Shown here in pieces: positions 13,803 to 25,308 of a stretch of DNA of 64,000 bases. Every line of letters begins with the position of its first letter. The first letter of the stretch is position 1. The translations under genes were made by a program, and so were the position numbers. The notes beneath the pieces were generated by a model. That model was given only the letters and a program-made list of their open reading frames with translations, was not told where the DNA came from and made no database searches. This stretch comes from Trichodelitschia bisporula (Eukaryota): NCBI GenBank assembly GCA_010356995.1, contig ML996688.1:1116001-1180000 (forward strand), written 5' to 3'.

Positions 13803-14408
13803 GTGGGTTTTGGATGGGTGGAAAAGGGAGGCTATTTGACTTTGGAGACTATGTAGTAATGGCATAAACTTCTGCTCAGACATGATCATTTCGACCTGGG
13901 CCCGATTCCTTATTGCGGGAGTGATGTCCGTGATGTATGCCGTCTTCTTGCAAAGCTAAATGAGGTTTATGTTCAGGTGGTGATGCTGTCACAGGCAAGG
14001 AACACCCAAACCCTTGGAAGGAGCGTTCTTAGCAGGGGAAGTGACTGAGGTAATAGTGGAAGGAACTCTAGAGGACACTGCCAACAGTATATATTGAGAT
14101 ACGAGCGGCCCGTCACTCTCATCTCTCTTCCGGTTTTGTCTTTTATGACCGATTTCACTCCACATTCGTTGTAACCGTCTGACCCATGCTCCCATTAGCG
14201 GGCTACACTGTCCGAGGAATATTGTGTCAATCACCGCTGATCAGCTTTGAGCGTTAGGTTTCAGGCTTCAACCAAGTGTTCCCCGACTAAAGGACATTTC
14301 CCATGCTCCACTTGCAAGGCACCTCATATTGGAAACAAAGGTTCAGTTGAGTGAAATCGATTTGATGTCAACTTCTCTCTTGAACAAGTCTATACAAGCC
14401 ATCCCTCT

Positions 14409-15638
14409 CTACGACGGGATGATCTTCGCCTTCTTCAACCGATCAAACACCGGACCCCATGCCTCGATCGTGGTCCTCTCCTCCGTGAACCCAGTCGAAT
14501 ACATCTTGGTCATATCATACTGGCGATCGAAATCAAACTGGGTGAACAGGAAATACTCGAAGCCGGCATACGTCATCGGCGAGTCCGCAATTCCCGTCTT
14601 AAGTCCATGATTCCGCTCCAACTCCTCCCACGTCTTCCAGTGCTCCTTGATGTACGCCCGCACTTCCAGCTGCTCCTCCGCCTTCTCAGGCGGCGCCACA
14701 CCCTTCAGCCCAAAGTACCCAGCCAGCGCCGGCCACTTCTGCTCCCAGGATGACGGGTACTTAGCATCGGCGACGTTGTATCCCTCGCCCTTGTGCTCCG
14801 GGCCGAGCGTGAGTGTCAGATGCAGCGTCTGGCGGGCAATCATATCCGAGCTCGAGTCAATGCTCTTCGCGACCCACGCCTTGCGGGACCCGGGATACGG
14901 GACCGTGGCACCGGGGCCATTTACCGCCGCATACAGCGACAGGAAGACGGCGGTGCTGGTCGCCAGGCTGTAGAAGTTCTGGTTCGGCACAAAGCCGATG
15001 ATGATGTCCGGGCGCGTGTCGATCCAGTTCCATTTCTTGTCTTTGGCGTACGAGGTCACCCAGTCTAGCTGCGGGTGGTAGAAGAGTTGGTCGTGGTAGG
15101 GCTGGCGCAGGCGTGGGAAGGATTCTTTCAAAGGCACCTGGATGTAGTCTGTTGGGTGGTTCTCGAGCAGATGGCATCCGTACATCTTTGCGCCGGTTTG
15201 GAGAACTTGGAACTCGAGTGCGGGCGAGAGGTGGTCTAGCGCCGTCGCCGACCGCCGCCACATATCCACCGCGTCCTTCAGCTCCTGATCGCGGTCCTTG
15301 GACGCCTTGTACGCTGGACATGTCAGTCAAGCTTACACTTCCTACTGCTGCAGCTGCTAACCTAGGTAGTAGACGTGCGTCACTTTATCAACATCGGGAA
15401 TCTCGCGCTTGATCTCCGCCTCGAGTTCTTCCTGTGTGCCTTTGAGCAGGTCGATCCCAGACACAATGTTCAGCCGCGAGTCCGCGGGCCAGAGGCTATC
15501 TTCCTGCTTCAGAGGTCGGTTTGTGAGCGCGTGGACCTTTTCCCAGACTCCCGGCTTGGGGTAGTCGGTGAGGATCTCGTTGACGAAGGACCAGCCGGTC
15601 ACGCCGGAGGCACCGAAGACGAGGGCGACTTTGCCCAT
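14409..15638 (-). CDS. PRISE-family enone reductase, copy 2
   Basis: ALVFGASGVTGW, QTGAKMYG, LFYHPQ, RPDIIIGFVP; intron at the position equivalent to copy 1; similar C-terminus (AKIIPS). Confidence 0.85.
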
Positions 15639-16234
15639 TGCGAATACTGCGAAAGATGAAGCTTGGGGTGTAAGGGATGAGGTTGAGGGTACAGTATGTC
15701 GTCCCGCGGCAGCCAGAGTACTTGATATTGCCCCTCATTGAGGGGCACAGCCCCACCCTCCCCCTTTACCGCCGATCTAGCACACCCTTCAAACGCTCCG
15801 GCATCTCACATCCTCAGCCAAGTTTCTCGCGTCCCGCATCCAGCAACGTCGAGGAAGACGCCAGCCGAGCGCGGAAGAAGACTGCAGTGCGGGCAGGGGT
15901 ATGCTAGCGCGCGGGGCGGGGGCTGCGCGGGGCATGCCCCGTGGGGTAAGACCCCGCATCTAGCGCCTCACCCCCCCGCCAACCGCCTCACCTCTTAATC
16001 CGAACACTAAAAATGACGAAGCGAACGCAGGTGGAGATGCTTTCCCGCATCCGCTTGGGACGCCAGTCCCAGCGCGTAACCCATGATCTCAGCGGTGGCA
16101 TGGCGGAGATACGCCTTACCCCCGTCTCACCTCCAGGTAGCAGATGTGCCGAAAACGCGGCGCACATGTAAAGCGCGCGCTCGCTGACCCGGGACCTACT
16201 CGTGCCCACACAATCCAGAAAGCACCAAACAGCC

Positions 16235-16966
16235 ATGTCCTCCTTTCCCTCGTACACCGTCCCCACGGCCTCTGGGCCAGGGGTCCTGTTCGTGAACTCG
16301 AAAATCGTGTCCCCGACCCTCAGTCCTTCCGTCTACACGGAGTGGTACGAGGATGTGCACATTCGCGACATCCTCGCAACCAGCGGTATCAAAAGCGCGT
16401 ACCGGTACTACAGCACCTGTCCTGAGCAAGTGGAGAGACCGTATATGGCGCTCTACCCGCTGAAGGCGGTGGAATTTTTGCAGAGCGATGAGTTTAAGGC
16501 GATTCCGGTGGTTAATAATGTTATTCCGGGCTCCGGGATGGTGTTTGACTATGCGGACTTTGATACGAGGTACTATACGCATGTTGCGGCAAGCGAGGCG
16601 CAGGGTGCGGTGAAGGGTATGTCTGGCCTGAAGGTTGCTGGAAGGGAATGTACTGATGATACAGGTCCCGCGCCCTTCCTCGCCGTGATCGCGCTCTCGG
16701 ACCCGGCGACCGATGCCATCTTGTCCCTGGCCAAGGACTCCGTGCGCCGTGTTCGGATCGCGGAGAACTATTTCTCGAGGCAGAATCGCCTACCGGCTGA
16801 GGCGAATAAGCTGGCGGCGCCGCCGAAGTATCTGGTCATTGTGGAGGCGGATACGGAGGACGGGCTGAGGGGGGCGGTTGAGGCGGGGGAGTTGAAGGGG
16901 GGGAAGACGGCGAGTTTCAAGTTGTTGAAGGGGTTTGGGGAGAAGGAGCAGGTGTATTTTGAGTAG
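16235..16966 (+). CDS. Uncharacterised EthD/Dabb-like protein
   Basis: YTEWYEDVHIRDIL...GIKSAYRY...YMALY pattern; putative 48-nt in-frame intron at 16617-16664. Confidence 0.6.
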   Translation: MSSFPSYTVPTASGPGVLFVNSKIVSPTLSPSVYTEWYEDVHIRDILATSGIKSAYRYYSTCPEQVERPYMALYPLKAVEFLQSDEFKAIPVVNNVIPGSGMVFDYADFDTRYYTHVAASEAQGAVKGMSGLKVAGRECTDDTGPAPFLAVIALSDPATDAILSLAKDSVRRVRIAENYFSRQNRLPAEANKLAAPPKYLVIVEADTEDGLRGAVEAGELKGGKTASFKLLKGFGEKEQVYFE

Positions 16967-17102
16967 AGTTTAAAAATGAGATCGTTGAATATTCAGATTC
17001 CGTCTGCTGCTACACCTAAAATTCGGTGACTACGTCTAGCAGGTACATGAGGCTGTCTAAAATGCGATTAAGTATATGATGCTCTAGCAAACGGAGTCCA
17101 GT

Positions 17103-17220
17103 ACATACGGCCACAGATCAGAGAATGCACCAGTCCCCGTCTGCTCACTGAAGTTAAGCTCTGAATCGGTTGACTAGTAGTTGCGTGGGTGACCAGCAGC
17201 GAATCCCAACTGCTGTATGT
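17103..17220 (+). rRNA. Dispersed 5S rRNA gene
   Basis: 118 nt, ACATACGGC...GCTGTATGT terminal helix, CCCGTCTGCTC, GTTAAGC, TAGTAGTTG...GGGTGACCA...GCGAATCC; TATA at about -30 (17073); T-run immediately downstream. Confidence 0.95.
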
Positions 17221-17232
17221 TTTTGTCTTTTT
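17220..17232 (+). terminator. RNA polymerase III T-tract terminator of the 5S gene
   Basis: TTTTTGTCTTTTT directly at the 5S 3' end. Confidence 0.75.
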
Positions 17233-17503
17233 GCCATATTCCTTTGCGATTGCTACGAACTGATATCACATTCCTGAGCCCAACACGCCGGCCATCATTT
17301 TGGTCCGCGGGGGGCTGAGGAGAGGAAAGTAATGGCGCGGCTGGACGCCTTGGTGCCTTATTGCCAGTTTCAGCCTTATGGACTAGCGATATTTTAAAGC
17401 GAGTGAACGAAATCCATACGCAGCAAATGAATCACACTTGACCGCCATCATTCAGAACTCATGCCATTTCTCATTTTATGTACATTAGGCCCTGTCCAAC
17501 GGC

Positions 17504-19084
17504 CTAGTAATTCAAATTCACCATCACAGTCTTAAGCTCCGTAAACGCCCTAAGCGCATGCACACCACACTCGCGCCCCAACCCACTCTCCTTACTCCCC
17601 CCAAACGGCGCATTCATAAACATAAGACTGACGCAGTTCACGCCCACCATGCCGGACTCAAATTCGCTCGCCACGCGTAGGGCTTTGTTGATGTCCTGCG
17701 TGAAGACGCCGGCCATGAGCCCGAAGTTGGTGTTGTTGGACAGTTCCATGATTTCCTCCTCGGTGGAGAATTTACGCACAACGGACACGGGGCCGAAGAT
17801 TTCTTGCGTGTGGATTTCGGATTGCGGGTCGACGTCGGTGAAGACGGTGGGTTCGATGAAGAAGCCCTGCGGGGGGTTAGATGGTGACTGAATTGATGGA
17901 GGTTTACCTTCTCCCCGATCCGCGCACCGCCGACAAGGAGTTTGCCCTGCCCCTGCTCCTTCCCCCGCTGAATAAACCCGCTCACGCGCTTAAACTGCGC
18001 CTCATCCACCAGCGGGCCCAGCATCGTCTCCTTCTCATCCGGATCGCCCACAACACCGCTCTTCGCCTTCATCGCCTCCTTATACTTCTCAATAAACGCA
18101 TCATAAATGCCCTCTTGGACGTACACGCGCGACGCGGCAAAGCACACCTGCCCCGTGTTCCCGGTGATCGCGTTCGCAGTCCAGGTCACCGCGTTGTCCA
18201 GGTTCGCGTCGTCGAAGATTACGGCGGGAGACTTGCCGCCGAGTTCGAGGGTTACGCGCTTGAGATTGCTGCGCGCGGCCATTTCTTGGATTTTCTTTCC
18301 TGTTGGGATGGAGCCGGTGAAACTTACTTTGCGCACGCGCATGTGCGATGCGATTAGCGCGCCTGTGCTCCCGTCTCCACTCAAAACCTGGAAAACACCA
18401 GCCGGGAACCCGGCTTCTTTGATCAGCGGCCCGAGCGCCAGGGATGCAAACGGCGTCTTCTCGGAGGGCTTGAGGATAAAACAATTCCCGGTAGCGAGCG
18501 CGGGGGCAGCCTTGAGACCCACGGTGCCCAGCGGCCCGTTCCAGGGCACAATGCCCGCGGTCACGCCGAGCGGCTCGTTGCGCACGATTTTGAGGAAGCC
18601 GTCGTCTTGGGGGAAGGACTCGCCGGCGAATTTGTCGATCCAGCCGGCGTTGTAGCGGAAGGCCTTGGCCAGGATTAGCTTTGCTATCTACCGAGTGTAT
18701 GGGTGTTTAGAAGGAAAGTGGGAGACATACCTCAGCAGCCAGCCCGGCCTCGAACTTGCCAAACGACTCATACGGCGCGCCGAGCGTGATGCGCGTCAGC
18801 TCCGCGAGTTCGACGGCGTGCGCCTCTATGAGGTCGGCGAATTTGGTAAGGATCGCGCGGCGCTGGACGGCGGGGAGCTTGCGCCATGCCGGGAAGGCCT
18901 TTTCGGCGGCATCGACGGCGGCGTCGACGTCGGCAGCGTTGGCGATGGGGACGTCATCTGCGACGAGGGTGTTGTCCTTCGGGTTGTGCACCGTGAGCTT
19001 CGCGTCGCCTGTAGAGTTGACGTATTCGTTGTTGATGAAGAGCTGCTTTGGCAGGTTGGACCTGGAGAAGGTGAAGGATGACAT
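17504..19084 (-). CDS. NAD-dependent aldehyde dehydrogenase
   Basis: LFINNEYV, GIVPWNGP, LKPSEKTP, FTGS, LELGGKS, GQVC (catalytic Cys), APFGGSKESGLGRE; two introns. Confidence 0.95.
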
Positions 19085-19631
19085 TGCGGATGTTTAGGTT
19101 GAAAGGGAGAGGTAAGTGTGTAGACGGGATTGAAGAGGCGGCGCTGGTGTTCCCAAATACGCGCGCCGGACGCGCCGCGCCGTGATCGTGGGGCCGGAGG
19201 CATGGATGCTGGGAGAGGCGGCTCGAGGCGGTTTTGGTTATCCGCATGGCGGGTGGTGGGGTTAATGCTGCGTATCGCCGCGTTTCCCCACATCGGGCAT
19301 GCTTGGCGCGGCTGGCGCGGGGTACGTTTGGCGGGGCGCGGGGATGGACATGGTCTTCCGGTTGGACGGTGTCATGAGATTCATGGATTGGAGTTGGCGT
19401 GAGTTGGGGGGCGGTTGGGCGGATGATGTGTGTGCCGGGGTGAGAACGAGTGCCTGGAGTGAGATGAGGGGTTACGTGCGAGGGGTGGCAATGATGAGGG
19501 GAATGAAGAAAGGCTGAGTAGATATTTGGCGGGTTGGTTCGCTGATCGGCTGTTTAGCATCAGTTCCATTCTTCTTGCACATCACCTTCCTCAGAAACTT
19601 AGCACTCTAAGTTCTTTGATCAATTGGCGTC

Positions 19632-20543
19632 ATGGCGAAGAAAGTTGCTCTCATCACGGGTGGCGGTATGTCCTCTCCCATTAAGGCATGCCCACAACTA
19701 ACATCCCCAGCCAGCGGCATGGGCCTCGCCGTCGCCGAAGCCCTCTCCGCGCGCGGCGGCTGGGACCTACACCTGCTGGACCTGAACACCGAGCGGGGCG
19801 AAGCAGCCGCAAAGTCCGTCAGCGGCTCCTTCCACAAGACGGACGTCAACAACTACGCCTCCCTATCCAGCACTTTCGACAAGATCCACAAGACGGCCGG
19901 CCGTCTCGACTTCGTCTTCGCCAACGCCGGCATCGTCGAGCGCTGGAACTTCTACGGCAAGCAAGAGCAGACCCCGCCTCCGGAGCCAGACATGCTCTCC
20001 ATCGACATCGACCTCAAGAGTGTAGTCACCACGACCTACCTCGCGCAGCACTACTTCCGCCTCTCTCCCAATGCTGGCTCGGGGGAGCAGAACCTCGTCA
20101 TGACGGCGAGTTGTGGCGGGTTTTATCCCAGCCCGTTCTCGCCTATGTATTCGGCGGCGAAGCATGGCGTCGTGGGCCTGACGCGGTCGGTGGCGAAGCA
20201 TTTCTACCTCGCGGATCGCATCCGCGTTAATGCCATTTGTCCCGGCACGGTTAGGACGAATCTGCTCGATTCGACGGGTTGGGATCAGTGGCCGGAGGAG
20301 TACTTCACGCCCGTAGAGACGATTGTCAAGGCGGTGCTGACGCTGGTGGACGGCGGGGATATGGTGGATGCGAAGGGTGTTAAGGTGGAGGCTGGGAAGG
20401 ATTGGGGTCGCTGTGTTGAGGTTAATGGGAAGAACTTGTACTTCCGTGAGCAGATTGAGTACTGTGATGAGAATATGGCACAGGTCATGCGGATTACGGA
20501 TATTTCGGAGCGCAAGTCCGAGGATCTCAAGTTCTACAAGTAG
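19632..20543 (+). CDS. Classical SDR (15-hydroxyprostaglandin/hydroxyaverantin dehydrogenase-like)
   Basis: TGGASGMG after removing the 45-nt intron 19666-19710; FANAGI, YSAAKHG, NAICPG. Confidence 0.9.
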   Translation: MAKKVALITGGGMSSPIKACPQLTSPASGMGLAVAEALSARGGWDLHLLDLNTERGEAAAKSVSGSFHKTDVNNYASLSSTFDKIHKTAGRLDFVFANAGIVERWNFYGKQEQTPPPEPDMLSIDIDLKSVVTTTYLAQHYFRLSPNAGSGEQNLVMTASCGGFYPSPFSPMYSAAKHGVVGLTRSVAKHFYLADRIRVNAICPGTVRTNLLDSTGWDQWPEEYFTPVETIVKAVLTLVDGGDMVDAKGVKVEAGKDWGRCVEVNGKNLYFREQIEYCDENMAQVMRITDISERKSEDLKFYK

Positions 20544-21119
20544 TACAAGATGGACGGAAATGAAATTGATGACTGCTTGAGATGCATATGTTCTGCAGAG
20601 AGAAGTGTGATGTGTCGGGATGCCTGGAAGTGGTCGCTGGATAGAAAGACCGACAGCCGTGGGAGTACGTAGTACAAAACGGTCGGAACGGATATATGCA
20701 CCTCCAGGCTCTCCTTCATGGAACATCATGAATAGCTAGCATACCTTCAACATCTCGTACTTCCTCCAAACCAGCAGACGGACTCGTCTCCAAGCACGTA
20801 AGGTTAACCCGTTCTAATGCTCTTTGTAACACCGCCAAATGTTCAAAGTCCACGGGATGCCCTCAATCGATGCCGCAACGAAGCGGCCGACATACAACTG
20901 CTTCGAAGAATGAGAGTGCTGCGGAACTTCGGAAAGGCCACCCTCTTGGCTCATGTTTTTCAAAACACAGCGACATCACATTGGTGCCCGTTCAAAGGAC
21001 ATCGTCCTACATTGAGAACATGAAGTCGCACTCTGGACTTTTACCAATCGAAGCAACTGCTCAATTCGATATTACACAACTGTCCACCATATCCAAGAAG
21101 AAAGAACCATCATCACCAC

Positions 21120-22902
21120 TCACAGCCTCGCCTTCATCTTACCCTCCAAAACCGGCGCATCCCTCTTCGCCCACTCCTTCAACAACTTCCTTACAATCTT
21201 CCCACTCGCCAACTTCGGCACCTCATCCACAAACGCCACGCCACCGACGAGCTGCTTATGCTTCGCCACCTTCACCTTCATAAACTTATGAATATCCGCC
21301 TCGCCAACCTTCCCCTTCCACTCCTCCTTGAGCACCACATACCCCCGCGGCCACTCCTCTCCATGCAGCGTGACGCCCACACACGCCGCATCCGCCACGG
21401 CCTCGTGCTCCAACAACGCTGCTTCGAGCTCGGCCGGTGCAACCTGCAGCGCGTTGACCTTGATGAGCTCCTTCTTCCGGTCTACGATCCAGAACCACCC
21501 CTCTTTGTTCACGATCGCAATGTCGCCGGTCTTCAGCCATCCGTCCGCGCTTAGCGACTCCTTCGTCGCTTCCTCGTTGCGCCAGTACCCGAGACACACG
21601 TTCGGGCCCCGCACGTAGATCTCGCCCGGCTCGCCCTGCGCCACCTCTTTGCCGTCTTCGTCGAGCAGCTTGCATTCCATCCCGGGGTCCAGGAGACCCA
21701 CGCTGCCGGTGCTGGCGGGGTTAGCATGTCAACATAATAGCAGGAGGGAGGGGAGACATACTCGTCATCCGCACTAAACGGCACATGCATCGCCCCACAC
21801 GTAACCTCCGTCATCCCCCACCCCTGCGTAACCCTAATCCCAAACCTGCGCGTAATATCATTCTGCAGTTCCCTACTCAACGGCGCCGCCCCACACAGTA
21901 TATGCTTCACAGAGCTAATATCCCACTCCTTCGTCTCGGGCCTCTTACTCAGCATCACCAGAATCGGCGGCGCGGTATGCAGATGCGTAATCCGGTACGT
22001 CTGTATCACGCGCAGGAACTCTGCGAACTGGAATTGCCGCATGACGTACAGCGGCAAATTCAGTTTCGTAGCCATGATCACGTACCAGAGTTGCCCGTAC
22101 GCGTGGTACAGTGGGAGGAACCCGACCCAGCGCTCGTCCGGCCGTGTGGCCGGTGTGAAGCCCGTGCCGTGGTACTTGATTACCATGTGCTGCTCGGCGT
22201 TGGCGACGAGGTTGTAGTGGCTCACGCAGACCCCCTTTGGCAGCCCGGTAGTCCCGGACGAGTAGTTCACGGTTGCGATAGTACTTTCGGCTTCCTGGGG
22301 GGTCATGGCGGGGATGACGTGCAAGTCTGCGTCGGCGGGAGAGGCGAGCATGGACCGCCAGTCGGGGATGCCCTGAGAAGGCGCGTTGGGCCTATCGCTG
22401 AATTGGAAGATGCGGCTGTGTGGCAGGCCGGAGGCGGTTGCGGCGGCGAGGGCGGTGGTGAGCAGGTCGGGGTGCACGAGGAGGGTGCGCGCGCCGGTGT
22501 TTTTGATTTGGTGGGTAAGTTCTAGGGCAGAAAGTCAGCCTTGCGCTTGCATTCCTCATCTCCAAACTGCAGGAGGGAGCATGTACCAGAAGCCGTATAA
22601 ATCGGATTCGCAGCACTAAAAATGCGACGGCTCCCCACAATCCCCAAATACGCCGCCGGAACGAAAATATGATTCGGCGTCAGAATCATAACCACCTCCT
22701 GCGCTGCGACGCCGAGCCTATCCAGCCCGAGCGCCAGCCGCTTGACCCACTGCAGCATCTGCCGCGGACTCAGGGAATTGTCTGGGTTCGCGGCTTCGAG
22801 CCAGATGGGCGTTTCGGAGGGCGTGCTGCCGCTGGGGAAGAGGTAGGAGAGGACATCGGTTTTGGGGATGGGGGGGGCGGGGAGGGGGGATGTTAGGACC
22901 AT
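21120..22902 (-). CDS. 4-coumarate-CoA-ligase-like acyl-CoA synthetase, peroxisomal
   Basis: YSSGTTGLPKG, LPLYHAYG, QGWGMTE, GWLKTGD, DRKKELIK, VPKLASGKI; ends in PTS1 -ARL; two introns. Confidence 0.93.
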
Positions 22903-23440
22903 TTTGGCGATGGTAGATGGTAGATGGGAGGAAAGTGGGAGGTAAGCAGCAAGTTGACGACGAGATGAACAATTGAGGTTTATCTACTGGGACTGGGCTC
23001 ACTACGTGTAAAAAGTAAGCCGCAGCCTCGCGCGTCCCGGCGTTAGGCTGGCTGTTCGGTTGCGCGCGGCGACGTCGCGTGGACGCACCCGCAGAGCGAC
23101 AGCCCGCGGAGGCGAACATGCTGGACTGCACACACGACTCTCCGGGCTTACTGGCAAACACGGGAAGATGGCGGCGCGCCGCTTGCGCGTTGCTGCGCTG
23201 TGAGCAGCATGCAGGGAATCGCCTCACTGTTCCGCGCGGCCCGTGGCCGGGGTGGGACCGGGAAAGGATGGCCGGCCGAGGCCGATTGCCTGAGCCATCA
23301 TCCACAAAGTTAGGCTAGCTGGCTAGCTCGGTGGCGGGGGATGGGGGGGATTTGAAGTGCTGTTATCTTCGTTTCGTTTTTTGGGCGACTTGCTTTGGAG
23401 ATTATTGAATTGACGTTTGAGAGTTTGGGACTTTGTGAAT

Positions 23441-24438
23441 ATGTCTGATCTGGGAAACTTTGGCGGGTTGTTCCGCCTCGATGGCAAGGTTGCGGTTATC
23501 ACGGGCGGTATGTGCATTCAAGAGTATACGCGAGCAGTGGCTAATGGAGCAGGATCCCGCGGTCTCGGCCTGCACACCGCAACCGCGTTCCTCCTCGCTG
23601 GCGCATCCAAAGTCATAATCACAGCGCGCAAACTCGAAGGCGCGGAGGGAATCAACCAAGCCGTCTCCAAACTCAATGCACTCCCGGTGCAGGGACGCGC
23701 CATCGGCATCGCAGCCAACGTCGCCGACACCGCGGATATCGAGCGGCTCGTCAAAGAGATCGGCAAAACGGAGAGCAAGGTGGATATCGTGGTTGCGAAC
23801 GCGGGGGCTACGTACGGCGGCCCGTTCGACACGACGCCAGATGAATTTAATAAGAAGATTTTGGATTTGAATGTTAGGGGGGTGTTTAACCTCGTGCGGC
23901 TGTACGTCTCCCTCTCCATCCCCAATTCCTCACTGATCGATACTCCAGCCTCCTCCCGCTCCTCGAAGCAGCCGCCACGCCCACCGACCCCTCCCGGGTC
24001 ATAATCGTCTCCTCGACCGCAGGAATCAACGTCCCACACGTAGGCCAACACGGCACAATCATGTACTCCGTGTCCAAAGCCGCCGCGCACCACCTCAGCC
24101 GGAACCTAGCAATGGAGTTGGGGCCTAGGAATATCACCGTCAACACCGTGGCCCCCGGTTTCTTTCCTTCGAAGCTGGCGAAGGGATTGATTGATATCCT
24201 GGGCGGGGATGAGCAGTTGCGGGATGATAATCCGCGGAAGAGACTCGGGGAGCCAAGTGATATTGCGGGGGTTATGGTGTATTTGGCGAGTCCGGCGGGG
24301 GCGTATGTGTAAGTTGAATTCCTCCTTACCTTCGGATCGTAAGAGCGGGTGGGACTGACTGATGGGCTTAGCAATGGAGAGGACATCTCAGTTGACGGCG
24401 GGATGCGGCTGGTAACAGGGCGGCACTCGAAGATTTAG
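23441..24438 (+). CDS. Classical SDR (3-oxoacyl reductase/RhlG-like), probably peroxisomal
   Basis: TGGSRGLG after removing intron 23508-23552; ANAG, YSVSK, VAPGFFPSK; last exon NGEDISVDGGMRLVTGRHSKI ends in PTS1-like -SKI. Confidence 0.88.
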
Positions 24439-25308
24439 AACGTGAGAGAAGGAAGGAGTATGCATAGAAGCGGTGTTTACATTTACGTCGGCGTTGCCAT
24501 TCTAATTTCCACACTGTATTTTCGCGTCTCCAGTCTAGAGCCTTGCACAATGCATCTGTAGTTACCAAAAACCCTCAAATCTCAAGGCCCTAAAACGGCA
24601 AACAATTTTTTTTTTCCTCCGTCCAATTCCTAGAAAGCCTAATCCTCTGCATCTCAACCGCCCAAGCAGGAACGCACGGCATCTCGCCCTTCCCTATCCT
24701 ATCGCCCAAATTCCAGGTAACGCTTTTCCGCCCCCCTGTCGGACCGACTCCAAACATCCAGGCCAACTCCACACCCCGCCTCCTTCTCCACACTCACCCC
24801 GCATCCCACTAACCCGCACTCTACGGTACCCCACCGCCCTCCATTACCGTATCCCAGCACACGCCAAAAAAAAGGGCCGCAGATCCATATCAACGCCACT
24901 AACCCAGCAACCCACGCAGCCGAAGCATCCGAACCTCCGCGAACCTGCATCGTCAACGGATACCAAGCTGCAGCACCCCGGTCCCACGTCCCTGAGACCA
25001 CATCTAGCGCGCCCCGCCGTCCGTCCCGCAGACCTCTTGCAGCCTGTTAGCGGGCCGATAGACAGCGTCACAGGGACTAGGCGCTGGGCCGGTTATGCGC
25101 TTCCCGGCTTGTGCTGGGGGCATTACGTTGGCGGCGGTTTGGCTGGTGGGAGGTGGGGCAGGCTGAGATGGATACATAGGCTGTGAATATCACGGACTTT
25201 ATGGTCGAATTCAAGAGCACTCTCCCCAGCCCAATTCTCCCTCCTCGCTCTCCTCGCTATTCCGCCTTCCCCCTCTTCTTCTACTTTCTTGATTCCTGAG
25301 TGACTGCA

